This document shows positions 35,411 through 43,077 of a stretch of 43,077 nt of DNA, in pieces (position 1 is the stretch's first letter; every line of letters begins with the position of its first letter). Source of the stretch: a virus (lineage: Duplodnaviria > Caudoviricetes); IMG/VR virus record IMGVR_UViG_3300023055_000275, positions 1 through 43,077 of that record, one strand, 5' to 3'. The position numbers were made by a program, and so were the translations under genes. The notes below the pieces were generated by a model. The model saw only the letters and a program-made list of their open reading frames with translations. It was not told where the DNA came from and ran no database searches.

Positions 35411-35905
35411 TCAGGCAGCCTCCACGGGGATGATTCGGTCTTCGTCCGGGTCCGCCGGCGCGCTCGGCGCCTGGCTCTCTTCCTGGACGCCCAGCAGCCG
35501 CATCACCTGCGGCAGCGACGGAACACCCTTCTCTTCCGGCCAGGACTCAACCTGATCCACCGGCAGCTGCAGCACCTTCGCCAGCTGCTTGTCGTTCGAC
35601 ACGCCCAGCTTCGCGCGCAGCGCGCGCTTGCTCATCCGGCTGTCCACCTCCGCTCGGATCTGCTGCACCACCGTCTGCTGCGGCTGGGCCGGCGCCTCAA
35701 CGGCAGCGCCAGGGCCGAACACGTCGGGGCGGAGCGCGTGCCGGGAGACCCCCGTTGCCCTCTCAATGGCGAGCACGTGCCGCGAAGGCACGGGCCGATT
35801 GCCGTTGACCCACTGGTTGACCGCTTGGGGCGATACGCCAAGCAGGCGCGCCAAGCCGGCTTGGCCGGTCCCCGTCCTCTCTACGGCAGCAGCGATATGG
35901 TTCAT
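35411..35905 (-). CDS. Cro/YdaS-like regulator with second HTH-like C-terminal domain
   Basis: GQAGLARLLGVSPQAVNQW...IERATGVSRHALRPDVFG; divergent from cI. Confidence 0.85.
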   Translation of the reverse strand: MNHIAAAVERTGTGQAGLARLLGVSPQAVNQWVNGNRPVPSRHVLAIERATGVSRHALRPDVFGPGAAVEAPAQPQQTVVQQIRAEVDSRMSKRALRAKLGVSNDKQLAKVLQLPVDQVESWPEEKGVPSLPQVMRLLGVQEESQAPSAPADPDEDRIIPVEAA

Positions 35906-35914
35906 ACGACCAGC

Positions 35915-35995
35915 TTAAGCGTCGCTTTAGTGCATAGTCAAGCGATGCTTTCTTACATTGGTCTGTCGCGCCATGGACAATCAAGCAATGCTTGA
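35915..35995. promoter_or_regulatory. Operators between cro and cI (three 15 bp sites)
   Basis: TTAAGCGTCGCTTTA 35915, TCAAGCGATGCTTTC 35938, TCAAGCAATGCTTGA 35981. Confidence 0.8.
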
Positions 35996-36650
35996 CAATT
36001 CAGCCATGGCGGCCGCCATTCGCTCGGCCATCGAAGAGTCCAACCTCACCCAGAAAGGGATCGCAGATTCCTTTGGCGTCACCGAGCAAGCGGTGTCTGG
36101 CTGGCTGCGCACAGGAAAAGTCGATAAGCGAAAGCTGCCAAAGCTGGCCCAGCTCACCGGCAAGCCTTTATCCCACTTCGGAATGGGTGAGGCGGTGGCG
36201 GTCGTCTCCACTCCTGCGACCGCGCACAGCTATGTTCGCGTCCAGCAGCTTGATGGAGATGCCGACATGGGGGATGGGGCAATTAACGAGGATTTTCCAG
36301 ACATCGTGCGTGCGATGGACTTTGCGCCAACCTACATACGCTCCGTCGTCGGATTCGTCCCCCCTCCTGGGCGCCTTGTGCTGGTGACCGGTCGCGGAGA
36401 CTCAATGATCCCCGTGATCAATCCTGGCGAGTCGTTGATGGTCGACACGGGCGTCACCGCATTCGATGGAGATGGGATTTATTTGCTCAACACTGGCAAT
36501 GGCCAGCAAGTTAAGGCCCTGCAGGATCGAGGCGATGCTGTCTACGTTGTCAGCGCAAACGCGGGGCTCTATCCAGCGTTCCCCATGCCTCCCAACACCG
36601 TGATCGGAGGCAAGGTGTACCTGCGTAATCGGATTGAAAGGTTCAACTGA
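35973..36650 (+). CDS. CI-like repressor (XRE HTH plus S24 peptidase)
   Basis: TQKGIADSFGVTEQAVSGW HTH; GDSMIP Ser and VKAL Lys dyad; start could be 35988. Confidence 0.92.
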   Translation: MDNQAMLDNSAMAAAIRSAIEESNLTQKGIADSFGVTEQAVSGWLRTGKVDKRKLPKLAQLTGKPLSHFGMGEAVAVVSTPATAHSYVRVQQLDGDADMGDGAINEDFPDIVRAMDFAPTYIRSVVGFVPPPGRLVLVTGRGDSMIPVINPGESLMVDTGVTAFDGDGIYLLNTGNGQQVKALQDRGDAVYVVSANAGLYPAFPMPPNTVIGGKVYLRNRIERFN

Positions 36651-36673
36651 AGGATCAGAACAGGGGGAATGCA

Positions 36674-37543
36674 GTGGCGCTTATAGCGTGCGAAGAATGC
36701 GGACGGCAGATTAGTGACCAGGCTGAGGCCTGCCCGAACTGCGGGCACCCTAATAGGCCTAGGGCGGTAGCTGTTCCGTCTCAAGAAAGCGATGGGAGCA
36801 GTGACCGGAGAAAGACTGGATGCGCTGTTGTCGTCCTGATAGGTGCGGTAGTACTTCTTGTCGCCATGTGCTCACCGCGGGCGGATCACACGCCCAGCCC
36901 AGGGGAGCGGTCTGGCACGGCGCCGAGCGAGCAGCCTGAGCACAAGCGAGCACGCCTACTTGCAGAGATGAACGATGCCAGCCGCTTTGCGGAAGCTCGC
37001 CTTCTTACGGCAAAAGAGCTTGCGTCCTCTTTCGCTGGCACGACTGAGGGGAACGAGGCATCGAAACTCATACCCGAGCTCGAAGAGGAGGTGAGGAAAG
37101 CGAACCTGGGGAAGCAGTGGGTCTATCGGTCTTCCGATGACCCCATGACCAGCAAGGCGTGGGTAACTGCCGAGGTTACGAGCAGCAATACCCATGAGTT
37201 CGACCGGCCGTACTCCAGGCCCCAGCACGCTACGCTCACTGTGCGGAAGCACCCTCAGCATGGCAGTGATGTCATCATGAGTATTGAGCGCGGGCAGCTT
37301 CTTTGCAGGAGCTACTCCGGTTGCAAGGTACTCGTGCGCTTTGGCGACGAAAATCCGAGAACGTACGAGGCCGCCGGACCCAGCGACAATTCCACGACTG
37401 TCTTGTTCATCCGCGGCTACGCTGACTTTGTCCGTCGAATGAAGGACGCGGACATCGTCAGGATCCAGGCTGAGGTGTACCAAGAGGGTTCCCCTGCCTG
37501 GGAATTCGATACGTCCGGCTTCGACCCCTCGAAGCTCAAGTAG
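36674..37543 (+). CDS. Zinc-ribbon plus single-TM protein downstream of cI (candidate superinfection exclusion)
   Basis: CEECG...CPNCG; TM GCAVVVLIGAVVLLVAMC; large C-terminal domain. Confidence 0.75.
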   Translation: MALIACEECGRQISDQAEACPNCGHPNRPRAVAVPSQESDGSSDRRKTGCAVVVLIGAVVLLVAMCSPRADHTPSPGERSGTAPSEQPEHKRARLLAEMNDASRFAEARLLTAKELASSFAGTTEGNEASKLIPELEEEVRKANLGKQWVYRSSDDPMTSKAWVTAEVTSSNTHEFDRPYSRPQHATLTVRKHPQHGSDVIMSIERGQLLCRSYSGCKVLVRFGDENPRTYEAAGPSDNSTTVLFIRGYADFVRRMKDADIVRIQAEVYQEGSPAWEFDTSGFDPSKLK

Positions 37544-37595
37544 AGAGCGCTACGAAAGCCCTTCACTCAAGAAGGGCTTTTCTTTGATGAATTAC

Positions 37596-37637
37596 TAAAG
37601 CAGCGCTTGACTTCGATATAAAGCAGCGCTTTACTAT
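37596..37637 (+). promoter_or_regulatory. Second operator pair and putative early promoter (OL/pL-like)
   Basis: TAAAGCAGCGCTTGA 37596 and TAAAGCAGCGCTTTA 37619 overlapping TTGACT and TACTAT (19 nt spacer). Confidence 0.75.
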
Positions 37638-37688
37638 CTCCGAGCCGCCCATCAAGCCCCATCCCGGGGCCGGCGGCAGGAGACCTAC

Positions 37689-37805
37689 ATGCAGCGCCGC
37701 AAACGGCCCCTGTGGCACCTCATCATCGCGATCTACGCCATCGGTGCGCTCGCCGTTGGCGCGGGCATCGGCTTCGGCAAGAGCCTGTTCGGACAGGAGT
37801 GCTGA
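37689..37805 (+). CDS. Small single-TM peptide, first gene of the early operon
   Basis: MQRRKRPLWHLIIAIYAIGALAVGAGIGFGKSLFGQEC, 38 aa; AGGAGA RBS. Confidence 0.65.
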   Translation: MQRRKRPLWHLIIAIYAIGALAVGAGIGFGKSLFGQEC

Positions 37806-37808
37806 CCC

Positions 37809-38033
37809 ATGGCCAGCCTCAACCTCGCCTGCCGCCAGGCAGTGCTCAGCGTCACCGCCGACCACGTCAGTGACCGCGTCATCGTCTACATGGGTGGCGC
37901 CTCCCTGCACCTGACCCAGCAGGAAGCCGACCAGCTGGCGCTGCAGATGCAGCGCGCCGCGCAGGCTGTGCGCATCGGCAGCACCACCGCCAAGCAGTAC
38001 ACCGACGCCCTGAGCGGCAAGGACGCGGCATGA
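37809..38033 (+). CDS. Hypothetical protein
   Basis: 74 aa; AGGAG RBS; coupled operon. Confidence 0.75.
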   Translation: MASLNLACRQAVLSVTADHVSDRVIVYMGGASLHLTQQEADQLALQMQRAAQAVRIGSTTAKQYTDALSGKDAA

Positions 38034-38254
38034 GCGCCGTCGCCATCCTGGTAGGCCCGCAGCAGCGCGGCCGCGCCGTCGCGGACGCCGTCCGCATCGC
38101 AGCCCTGCGCGTCGGTCACCGCCCCGACTTCGCCAACACCGTCGCCGACCTGGCACGGCTCGACTTCCTGCGCGGCGGCAGCGCCGCGGCTGCCATCAGC
38201 CGCATGAAGCAGTCACTGCGCCGCAAGCCGCAGCGCGCGTGGAGCCAAGCCTAA
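38030..38254 (+). CDS. Hypothetical protein
   Basis: 74 aa; ATGA overlap. Confidence 0.7.
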   Translation: MSAVAILVGPQQRGRAVADAVRIAALRVGHRPDFANTVADLARLDFLRGGSAAAAISRMKQSLRRKPQRAWSQA

Positions 38255-38541
38255 TGCACCACCTGGCCCTGCCCTTCTACTGCGCCGTGATCGTCGGCGC
38301 CCTGATGGCGCTGCTCGCGCGCGCCATCTACACCGGCTCCGACACCTTCGTCCTCGTCTTCATCGTCGGCATCAGCTACTTCGCCTGGCATGGCGTCAAG
38401 GACGCACGCCGCTGCTGGCCGGTGTTCCGCGCCGAAATGGAACGCCGCCGCGCTGCGCGCAATCGCGGCAGTTGGAAGCCCCCAATCCGTAATCCCACGC
38501 ATCCCCCGAGCCGTCCGGTCTCAACCGACGACACGCACTGA
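38254..38541 (+). CDS. Hypothetical two-TM membrane protein
   Basis: TAATG coupling; two hydrophobic segments. Confidence 0.7.
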   Translation: MHHLALPFYCAVIVGALMALLARAIYTGSDTFVLVFIVGISYFAWHGVKDARRCWPVFRAEMERRRAARNRGSWKPPIRNPTHPPSRPVSTDDTH

Positions 38542-38618
38542 GCAGCCGCCCGCCCGGGCCACCGGGCTCCGCCGCCGGCCGGACTTCCACTCGCCGGCAA
38601 CCCATCCCAGGGAACCGC

Positions 38619-38831
38619 ATGCGCAACCAGCTCGACATCTTCAAGGACGACCCGGTCCGCATGGCCAAGGCCAACCGCGAAGCCGCCGACCACGCGCTGA
38701 CCGACAAGCAGTTCACCGAAAGCGAGCGGCAGGAGCGCGCCGCCTACTACACCCGCGAGGCAGAGCGCTGGGAATTCAGCGCCGCCCTCGGCGGCCAGCA
38801 GATCAACGGCGCAAAGGAGCCGCGAGCATGA
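38619..38831 (+). CDS. Hypothetical protein
   Basis: 70 aa; MRNQLDIF start; strong GC3 bias. Confidence 0.7.
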   Translation: MRNQLDIFKDDPVRMAKANREAADHALTDKQFTESERQERAAYYTREAERWEFSAALGGQQINGAKEPRA

Positions 38832-38863
38832 GCAGTTACAGCATCATCCCGGGCCAGCGCGGC

Positions 38864-39091
38864 TCAGGCCTCTCGAGCCTGGTCTGCAATGTGCTTCTCG
38901 ATGGCAGCCATGGCGAGCTGCATGGCGTCGCCTTTGTTGCGGATCACGCCGGCGCGCGGCGCGGCCACGGCGACACCTTCCACCGTGGCCGTGAACTCAA
39001 ATTCGTCCTCCACCTGGCTGGTGATCTCGACGCGGAACCTGCGCCCATCGATCACGCCCTGCAGAGTCCGGCGAAAGCCCTCTGTCTTCAT
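38864..39091 (-). CDS. Hypothetical protein, antisense to early operon
   Basis: 75 aa; protein-like beta-beta-beta-alpha pattern; GGGGA upstream. Confidence 0.6.
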   Translation of the reverse strand: MKTEGFRRTLQGVIDGRRFRVEITSQVEDEFEFTATVEGVAVAAPRAGVIRNKGDAMQLAMAAIEKHIADQAREA

Positions 39092-39166
39092 TTCGGTTCC
39101 CCAACCGTCAGCGATGGCAAATCTACTTCACGGCAAAGCCTGATGAAAAGGGCCAGATCTGGCGGC

Positions 39167-39391
39167 TCAGTACCAGTCGGCCCCCATCAGCTCCGACAGA
39201 AGCGCCTCGGTCTTGGCAGCCGCGTCCTCCCGCGACTCCACGGCTATGTCCAAGCCCAATCGGCTCGGGCCGTAGACCACATGGAAACCAATCATCGTCC
39301 CGCGGCCAAACCGGCCAATCCCATCCAGCACCACCCGGACCGTCACGTCGCGGCCCCGAATTTTCAGATTCCAGTCTTCTTGCCTGTGCAT
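39167..39391 (-). CDS. Hypothetical protein, antisense to early operon
   Basis: 74 aa from MHRQEDW; AAGGTGA upstream. Confidence 0.55.
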   Translation of the reverse strand: MHRQEDWNLKIRGRDVTVRVVLDGIGRFGRGTMIGFHVVYGPSRLGLDIAVESREDAAAKTEALLSELMGADWY

Positions 39392-39473
39392 CCCATCACC
39401 TTCGCACCTGCGCCGTTCCGGTGCGCTTACCCGAAAAGCATACACAGCGCGCGCCCGGCGCAGGATTCGACCA

Positions 39474-39761
39474 ATGGCTGACGAGACCGCAACCCTGTGC
39501 CCGTACTACCACGGCCCGGTGTGGGACGCCTTCGGGCTCACCCGCTCCGCCTACCTGGTCGTGCCGCGCCGGACCCTGCAGTCCATGCCGCTGGAGTGGC
39601 AGCAGCGCTTCGTCGCGCTGATGGAAGAAGCGCACGCCCACCTGCCCACCGAAGCCTTCCCCGACTACACCGTGCAGCGCCAGGAGCGCGGCCGGTTCCT
39701 CACCGACCCGCTGCGTGACTACCGCCACACCGGCCCGATCGCTCCCAAGGAACACGCCTGA
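39474..39761 (+). CDS. Hypothetical phage protein
   Basis: 95 aa; FGLTRSAYLVVPRRTLQSMPLEWQQRF; TGATG-coupled to the methyltransferase. Confidence 0.75.
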   Translation: MADETATLCPYYHGPVWDAFGLTRSAYLVVPRRTLQSMPLEWQQRFVALMEEAHAHLPTEAFPDYTVQRQERGRFLTDPLRDYRHTGPIAPKEHA

Positions 39762-41245
39762 TGCGCTACTTCTCTCTCTTCTCCGGCATGGAAGCGGCCC
39801 ACCTCGCGTGGGCGCCACTGGGGTGGACCTGCGTTGGCGTATCCGAGATCGAGCCAGCCGCTTGCGCACTGCTGCGCTACCGCCTGCCTCACGTTCCAAA
39901 TCTCGGAAGCGTCACTGAGATCACCGACGAGCAGATCAAGGCTCTGGGCGCTTTCGACGTTCTGATCGGAGGCAGCCCGTGCCAGGACCTGTCCGTCGCG
40001 GGACGCCGCGCGGGCCTCGCTGGCGCGCGCTCCAGCCTGTTCCACCACCAGATGAGGATCTTCAATGCAGCTCGACATTTTTGCGGCACCCGCTGGCTCG
40101 TCTGGGAAAACGTCCCAGGTGCTTTCAGCAGCAACCAGGGCAGAGACTTTGCTGTCGTGGTTGGTTCGATGGCAGGAACCGACCTGCCTGTGCCCCCAGG
40201 TGGCTGGGGATCCGAAGGCGTTGCGCTGGGTGACAACGGCCTGGTCGAATGGTCCGTGCTTGACGCGCAGTGGTTCGGAGTGGCGCAGCGGCGCCGTCGC
40301 GTGTTCGCTGTCCTCGATACTGGAAACTGGTCCGATAGACCCCCGGTACTTCTTGAGCCCGATCGCCTGCGCGGGGATTCTGCGCCGCGCCGCGACACGG
40401 GGGAAAGCGTTACCGGCACCCTTAGCGCGCGCACTCAAGGTGGCGGCGGGCTCGGAACGGACTTTGAGTGCCAAGGCGGCTTAGTTGCCGGGACACTTAG
40501 CGCTAACAACAAAGCGGCCGGCAGCGCCACAAATCAGGACGCCCATGCGGGCCTCCTAATTCCGGCTGTCGCCCATACGCTACGCGCCGAAGGTTTTGAT
40601 GCAAGCGAGGATGGGACAGGGCGTGGCACACCTCTTGTGCCGGTTGCATTCGCGCAGAACCAACGCGACGAAGTTCGCTGCATGGAAATTGCTGGCACGC
40701 TAGCCGCGCAGCCAGGTACGAAGCAGCAAACCTATATCGCATTTGGTTGCAAGGACAGTGACCCCACCAGAAGCGTGAGCGATCAAGTCGCCCCGACCTT
40801 GCGGGCGATGGGGCATCAAGAGGGCCATGCAAATGCGGGCGGCCAAGTGGCCGTCGCCTACTCGACCAAGCTCCACAATACCTCCAGCAACAACGCGGGA
40901 AAGCTGTTCAGGGAGCGGACTACCTGCCTGGACGCCAACAGTCCGGCACCTGCGCTGCTGACACCTAACCAGGTGCGTCGCCTCACCCCGCGCGAGTGCG
41001 AGCGCCTCCAGGGCGCGCCTGATGACTGGACCTTGGTGCCGAAGCTTGGCAAGGCTAGAAAGCAACGGAAGAACGAGCCGGATGCCCACTACGCCGACTA
41101 CATGCAGCGGCATTCCGGCAGCGCTGACAACGGCCCCCGCCTGGCCGACGGCCCGCGCTATCGATTGCTGGGCAACAGCTTCGCAGTACCGAACATTCGA
41201 TGGATTGGAAAGCAGATTCAGGCAGCACAGGAGGCATCCGCTTGA
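39761..41245 (+). CDS. C5 DNA cytosine methyltransferase
   Basis: Motifs I FSLFSG, IV GGSPCQDLS, VI ENVPG, VIII QRRRRVF, IX RRLTPRECERLQG, X LGNS. Confidence 0.95.
   Translation: MRYFSLFSGMEAAHLAWAPLGWTCVGVSEIEPAACALLRYRLPHVPNLGSVTEITDEQIKALGAFDVLIGGSPCQDLSVAGRRAGLAGARSSLFHHQMRIFNAARHFCGTRWLVWENVPGAFSSNQGRDFAVVVGSMAGTDLPVPPGGWGSEGVALGDNGLVEWSVLDAQWFGVAQRRRRVFAVLDTGNWSDRPPVLLEPDRLRGDSAPRRDTGESVTGTLSARTQGGGGLGTDFECQGGLVAGTLSANNKAAGSATNQDAHAGLLIPAVAHTLRAEGFDASEDGTGRGTPLVPVAFAQNQRDEVRCMEIAGTLAAQPGTKQQTYIAFGCKDSDPTRSVSDQVAPTLRAMGHQEGHANAGGQVAVAYSTKLHNTSSNNAGKLFRERTTCLDANSPAPALLTPNQVRRLTPRECERLQGAPDDWTLVPKLGKARKQRKNEPDAHYADYMQRHSGSADNGPRLADGPRYRLLGNSFAVPNIRWIGKQIQAAQEASA
40065..40484 (+). CDS. Out-of-frame embedded ORF resembling the M.EcoHK31I beta polypeptide
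   Basis: +1 frame, 139 aa; SEWRSGAVACSLSSILET...YFLSPIACAGILRRAATRGKALP. Confidence 0.6.
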   Translation: MQLDIFAAPAGSSGKTSQVLSAATRAETLLSWLVRWQEPTCLCPQVAGDPKALRWVTTAWSNGPCLTRSGSEWRSGAVACSLSSILETGPIDPRYFLSPIACAGILRRAATRGKALPAPLARALKVAAGSERTLSAKAA

Positions 41246-41829
41246 GCACCACGTTTCCCACAAGCCCGGAGGCCGCCGCTGACGTCTGCCAAGCATCCTC
41301 GCCCGTCGCCGCGGTCGTCGCCACCATGCGCCGCCTGGGCGCCGCCGGCGCGCCGATCTCCGTCGACCAGGTCCGCGAGTGGAGCGACACCCTGCTCCAA
41401 GAGCTGTATTCCCAGCCGCCTGTGCGCTGGGAGTACCGGAACAAGAACGACACGGGGCCAGGGTGCTGGGTGACAGCCACACCGGAGCACGTCTATCACG
41501 CTCGCATTCGCGGTTGGGTCGTGCGTGCCCTGTGGGAAGCCCCACGTGTGGCCCAGCCCGAGCGAGACCACGCATTCAAGGCGGGCGTCTGCACCAGGTG
41601 CGGCGATCCCGAGGACTGGGCCGGGCCGGATTGCATGCCGCCGGCCAAACCCGTGGAGCCGCGCGCAACGCTGCCATTCGATCCCCGGTGGCTGCTCCAA
41701 CCCCTGCGATGGCTACGCGATGCCGGACCCGGCGCCCTCAACCGCTACGACCGCGAACACCGCGCCAAGCAAGCCTCCTTCCTGATCGAACAGCTTGAAG
41801 CTCAATACCCGGAGTGCCAGAAGCCATGA
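41242..41829 (+). CDS. Hypothetical protein with CTRCG knuckle
   Basis: TTG start overlapping the methyltransferase stop with GGAGG RBS. Confidence 0.65.
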   Translation: MSTTFPTSPEAAADVCQASSPVAAVVATMRRLGAAGAPISVDQVREWSDTLLQELYSQPPVRWEYRNKNDTGPGCWVTATPEHVYHARIRGWVVRALWEAPRVAQPERDHAFKAGVCTRCGDPEDWAGPDCMPPAKPVEPRATLPFDPRWLLQPLRWLRDAGPGALNRYDREHRAKQASFLIEQLEAQYPECQKP

Positions 41830-42140
41830 CGCAGAAACACATCAGCCATCCCGAAGGCCTGCCGAACTGCGCCGTCGGCCACCGCGCGCGCCACATCCAC
41901 GACCTGCGCGGCCCCGCCGCCGGCGGTGGCCACCTGGTCGAGTGCGCCTGCAGGGCGACCAGCAAGAGCCAGGATCCGAAGAAGGCTCTGGCCGAGTGGC
42001 GCCGCATCAACCGCCCGGCACGCAGCGCGCGACCTGCGCCCGCGCCGGAAGTCGCCGACAACGTGGTGCAGTTCAACCTCGGCTTGGTCGATCAGTCGAC
42101 AAAGCTGCAGCGCGCGGGAGGCAACCATGGGCGCCGCTGA
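41826..42140 (+). CDS. Hypothetical protein
   Basis: ATGA overlap; Cys/His motif (C..GH...H.VECAC). Confidence 0.65.
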   Translation: MTQKHISHPEGLPNCAVGHRARHIHDLRGPAAGGGHLVECACRATSKSQDPKKALAEWRRINRPARSARPAPAPEVADNVVQFNLGLVDQSTKLQRAGGNHGRR

Positions 42141-42330
42141 GCGAATGGAAGAACTCCTGTCGCTGGATCGCGTTCGGCAGATGACCGGTATGGGCACGAC
42201 CTTCATCTACGGCGAGATCAAAGCCGGCCGCTTCCCCCGTTCAATCCGCATCGGCCGCCGCGCACTGTGGATACAATCCGAGGTGCAGGGTTGGGTTCGG
42301 CAGCAGATCGCGCAGAATCGACCGCTGTAG
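42127..42330 (+). CDS. AlpA-family regulator/excisionase
   Basis: LLSLDRVRQMTGMGTTFIY...GRFPRSIRIG...W..SEV..W; adjacent to att. Confidence 0.88.
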   Translation: MGAAERMEELLSLDRVRQMTGMGTTFIYGEIKAGRFPRSIRIGRRALWIQSEVQGWVRQQIAQNRPL

Positions 42331-42370
42331 GTGGATGGGTAGCTGGGCGGGTAGGAAATGTTGGGGCAAC

Positions 42371-42400
42371 AAAAAAGCCCCTATTTCTAGGGGCTTTTTT
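42371..42400. terminator. Bidirectional intrinsic terminator between alpA and tRNA
   Basis: AAAAAAGCCCCTA-TTTC-TAGGGGCTTTTTT. Confidence 0.85.
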
Positions 42401-42407
42401 GAACATC

Positions 42408-42500
42408 TGGCGGAGCGAGAGGGATTCGAACCCTCGATAGAGCTTTTGACCCTATACTCCCTTAGCAGGGGAGCCCCTTCAGCCACTCGGGCATCGCTCC
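42408..42500 (-). tRNA. tRNA-Ser(GCT)
   Basis: GGAGCGA...TCGCTCC acceptor stem plus GCCA end; anticodon loop CTGCTAA; long variable arm; GGTTCGAATCC T-arm. Confidence 0.95.
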
Positions 42501-42579
42501 GGGGTTTTCTCCGCGTCTGGTGCGGTGCACCTCAGCGGGGCGTGAATCATAACGTTAATCAGACGCGAAGGTAAAGCTT

Positions 42580-42783
42580 TTATTCGCCGGAATTTTCACT
42601 TCCGGTGCTGCCGGCTTCATCACCACGCTGGATGCGCTGGTAGATCTCTTCGCGATGCACAGCAACGTCCTTCGGCGCGGTAATACCGATACGCACCTGG
42701 TTGCCCTTGACGCCGAGCACGGTGACGCTCACCGAGTCTCCGATCATCAGGGTTTCGCCGACGCGGCGAGTCAAGATCAACAT
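42580..42783 (-). CDS. csrA: Carbon storage regulator CsrA/RsmA
   Basis: [16 protein letters not shown]...[23 protein letters not shown]. Confidence 0.97.
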   Translation of the reverse strand: MLILTRRVGETLMIGDSVSVTVLGVKGNQVRIGITAPKDVAVHREEIYQRIQRGDEAGSTGSENSGE

Positions 42784-42933
42784 TTTGTAAGTCTCCATGG
42801 AACCGTGTGGAAGGGTATCCCCCACCGGCTTGACGCTCCGTCAAGAAGCGTCCCCACGACAAAGGGAAAAGATTTCGCAATGGTACCGTCAGCCGTCCCG
42901 CTCCTACAAGGAGGGGGACGGCAGGGGTTCACA

Positions 42934-43077
42934 TCACAGGCGGGGGCTGACCCATTCGACGACCGCGGCCAGAGCGGTAGCAAGGGCGGGCCCGTCCTCG
43001 CCACCACCCTGGGCGAGGTCCGGGCGTCCGCCGCCCTTGCCCCCGATCTGACTGGCGATGTGGGACAACAGTTCCCC
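42934..43077 (-). CDS. alaS: Alanine--tRNA ligase, 3' end (partial)
   Basis: [30 protein letters not shown]1 motif; alaS-csrA-tRNA-Ser synteny. Confidence 0.9.
   Translation of the reverse strand, partial: GELLSHIASQIGGKGGGRPDLAQGGGEDGPALATALAAVVEWVSPRL

Larger units (their letters stand above)
1..42407. mobile_element. Lambdoid HK97-like temperate prophage integrated at the tRNA-Ser 3' end (left boundary and integrase outside the window)
   Basis: Contiguous excision, immunity, replication, lysis, packaging, head and tail modules ending at the tRNA CCA end; host csrA and alaS lie beyond it. Confidence 0.95.

Noticed and set aside
34814-35995. 393 aa plus-strand ORF
   Set aside because: Shadow frame over cro and neighbours; Arg/Ala-rich with no recognisable motifs
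39719-40474. 251 aa minus-strand ORF opposite the methyltransferase
   Set aside because: Antisense to two coding frames; no RBS or motif support
39761-41829. Restriction-modification pair
   Set aside because: No recognisable endonuclease next to the methyltransferase; an orphan phage MTase is more likely
42580-42783. csrA as phage cargo
   Set aside because: It lies on the host side of the tRNA in the conserved alaS-csrA-tRNA-Ser arrangement

Overview
The window holds a nearly complete lambdoid, HK97-like siphoviral prophage (about 1-42400) inserted at the 3' end of a tRNA-Ser(GCT) gene. The tRNA lies downstream of host alaS and csrA; this synteny and the high GC suggest a Xanthomonadales host, probably Stenotrophomonas (inference). 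From right to left the modules are: att/AlpA-type excisionase; an early operon with a C5 DNA methyltransferase; the cI/cro immunity region with five recognisable operators; O/P-type replication with an iteron origin; nin-like genes and Q; lysis (GH19 endolysin, holin, Rz/Rz1); HNH/cos/terminase; head; tail with a -1 frameshifting chaperone; and an SGNH-esterase tail spike. A cargo region of about 6.4 kb follows. No integrase lies in the window; it is expected left of position 1. The most interesting signals are in the cargo: a two-gene operon encoding a membrane/OB-fold-like protein and an RxxxxH (HEPN-type) protein, which is a candidate new defence or toxin system; a proteasome-beta/HslV-like Ntn-hydrolase with S1/D17/K33 spacing; and a stand-alone BLUF photoreceptor beside a decayed SRAP gene. 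Elsewhere there is an EcoHK31I-beta-like gene embedded out of frame in the methyltransferase, and twin GGA-loop hairpins upstream of the capsid gene. All family calls come from motif recognition by eye, not database searches.
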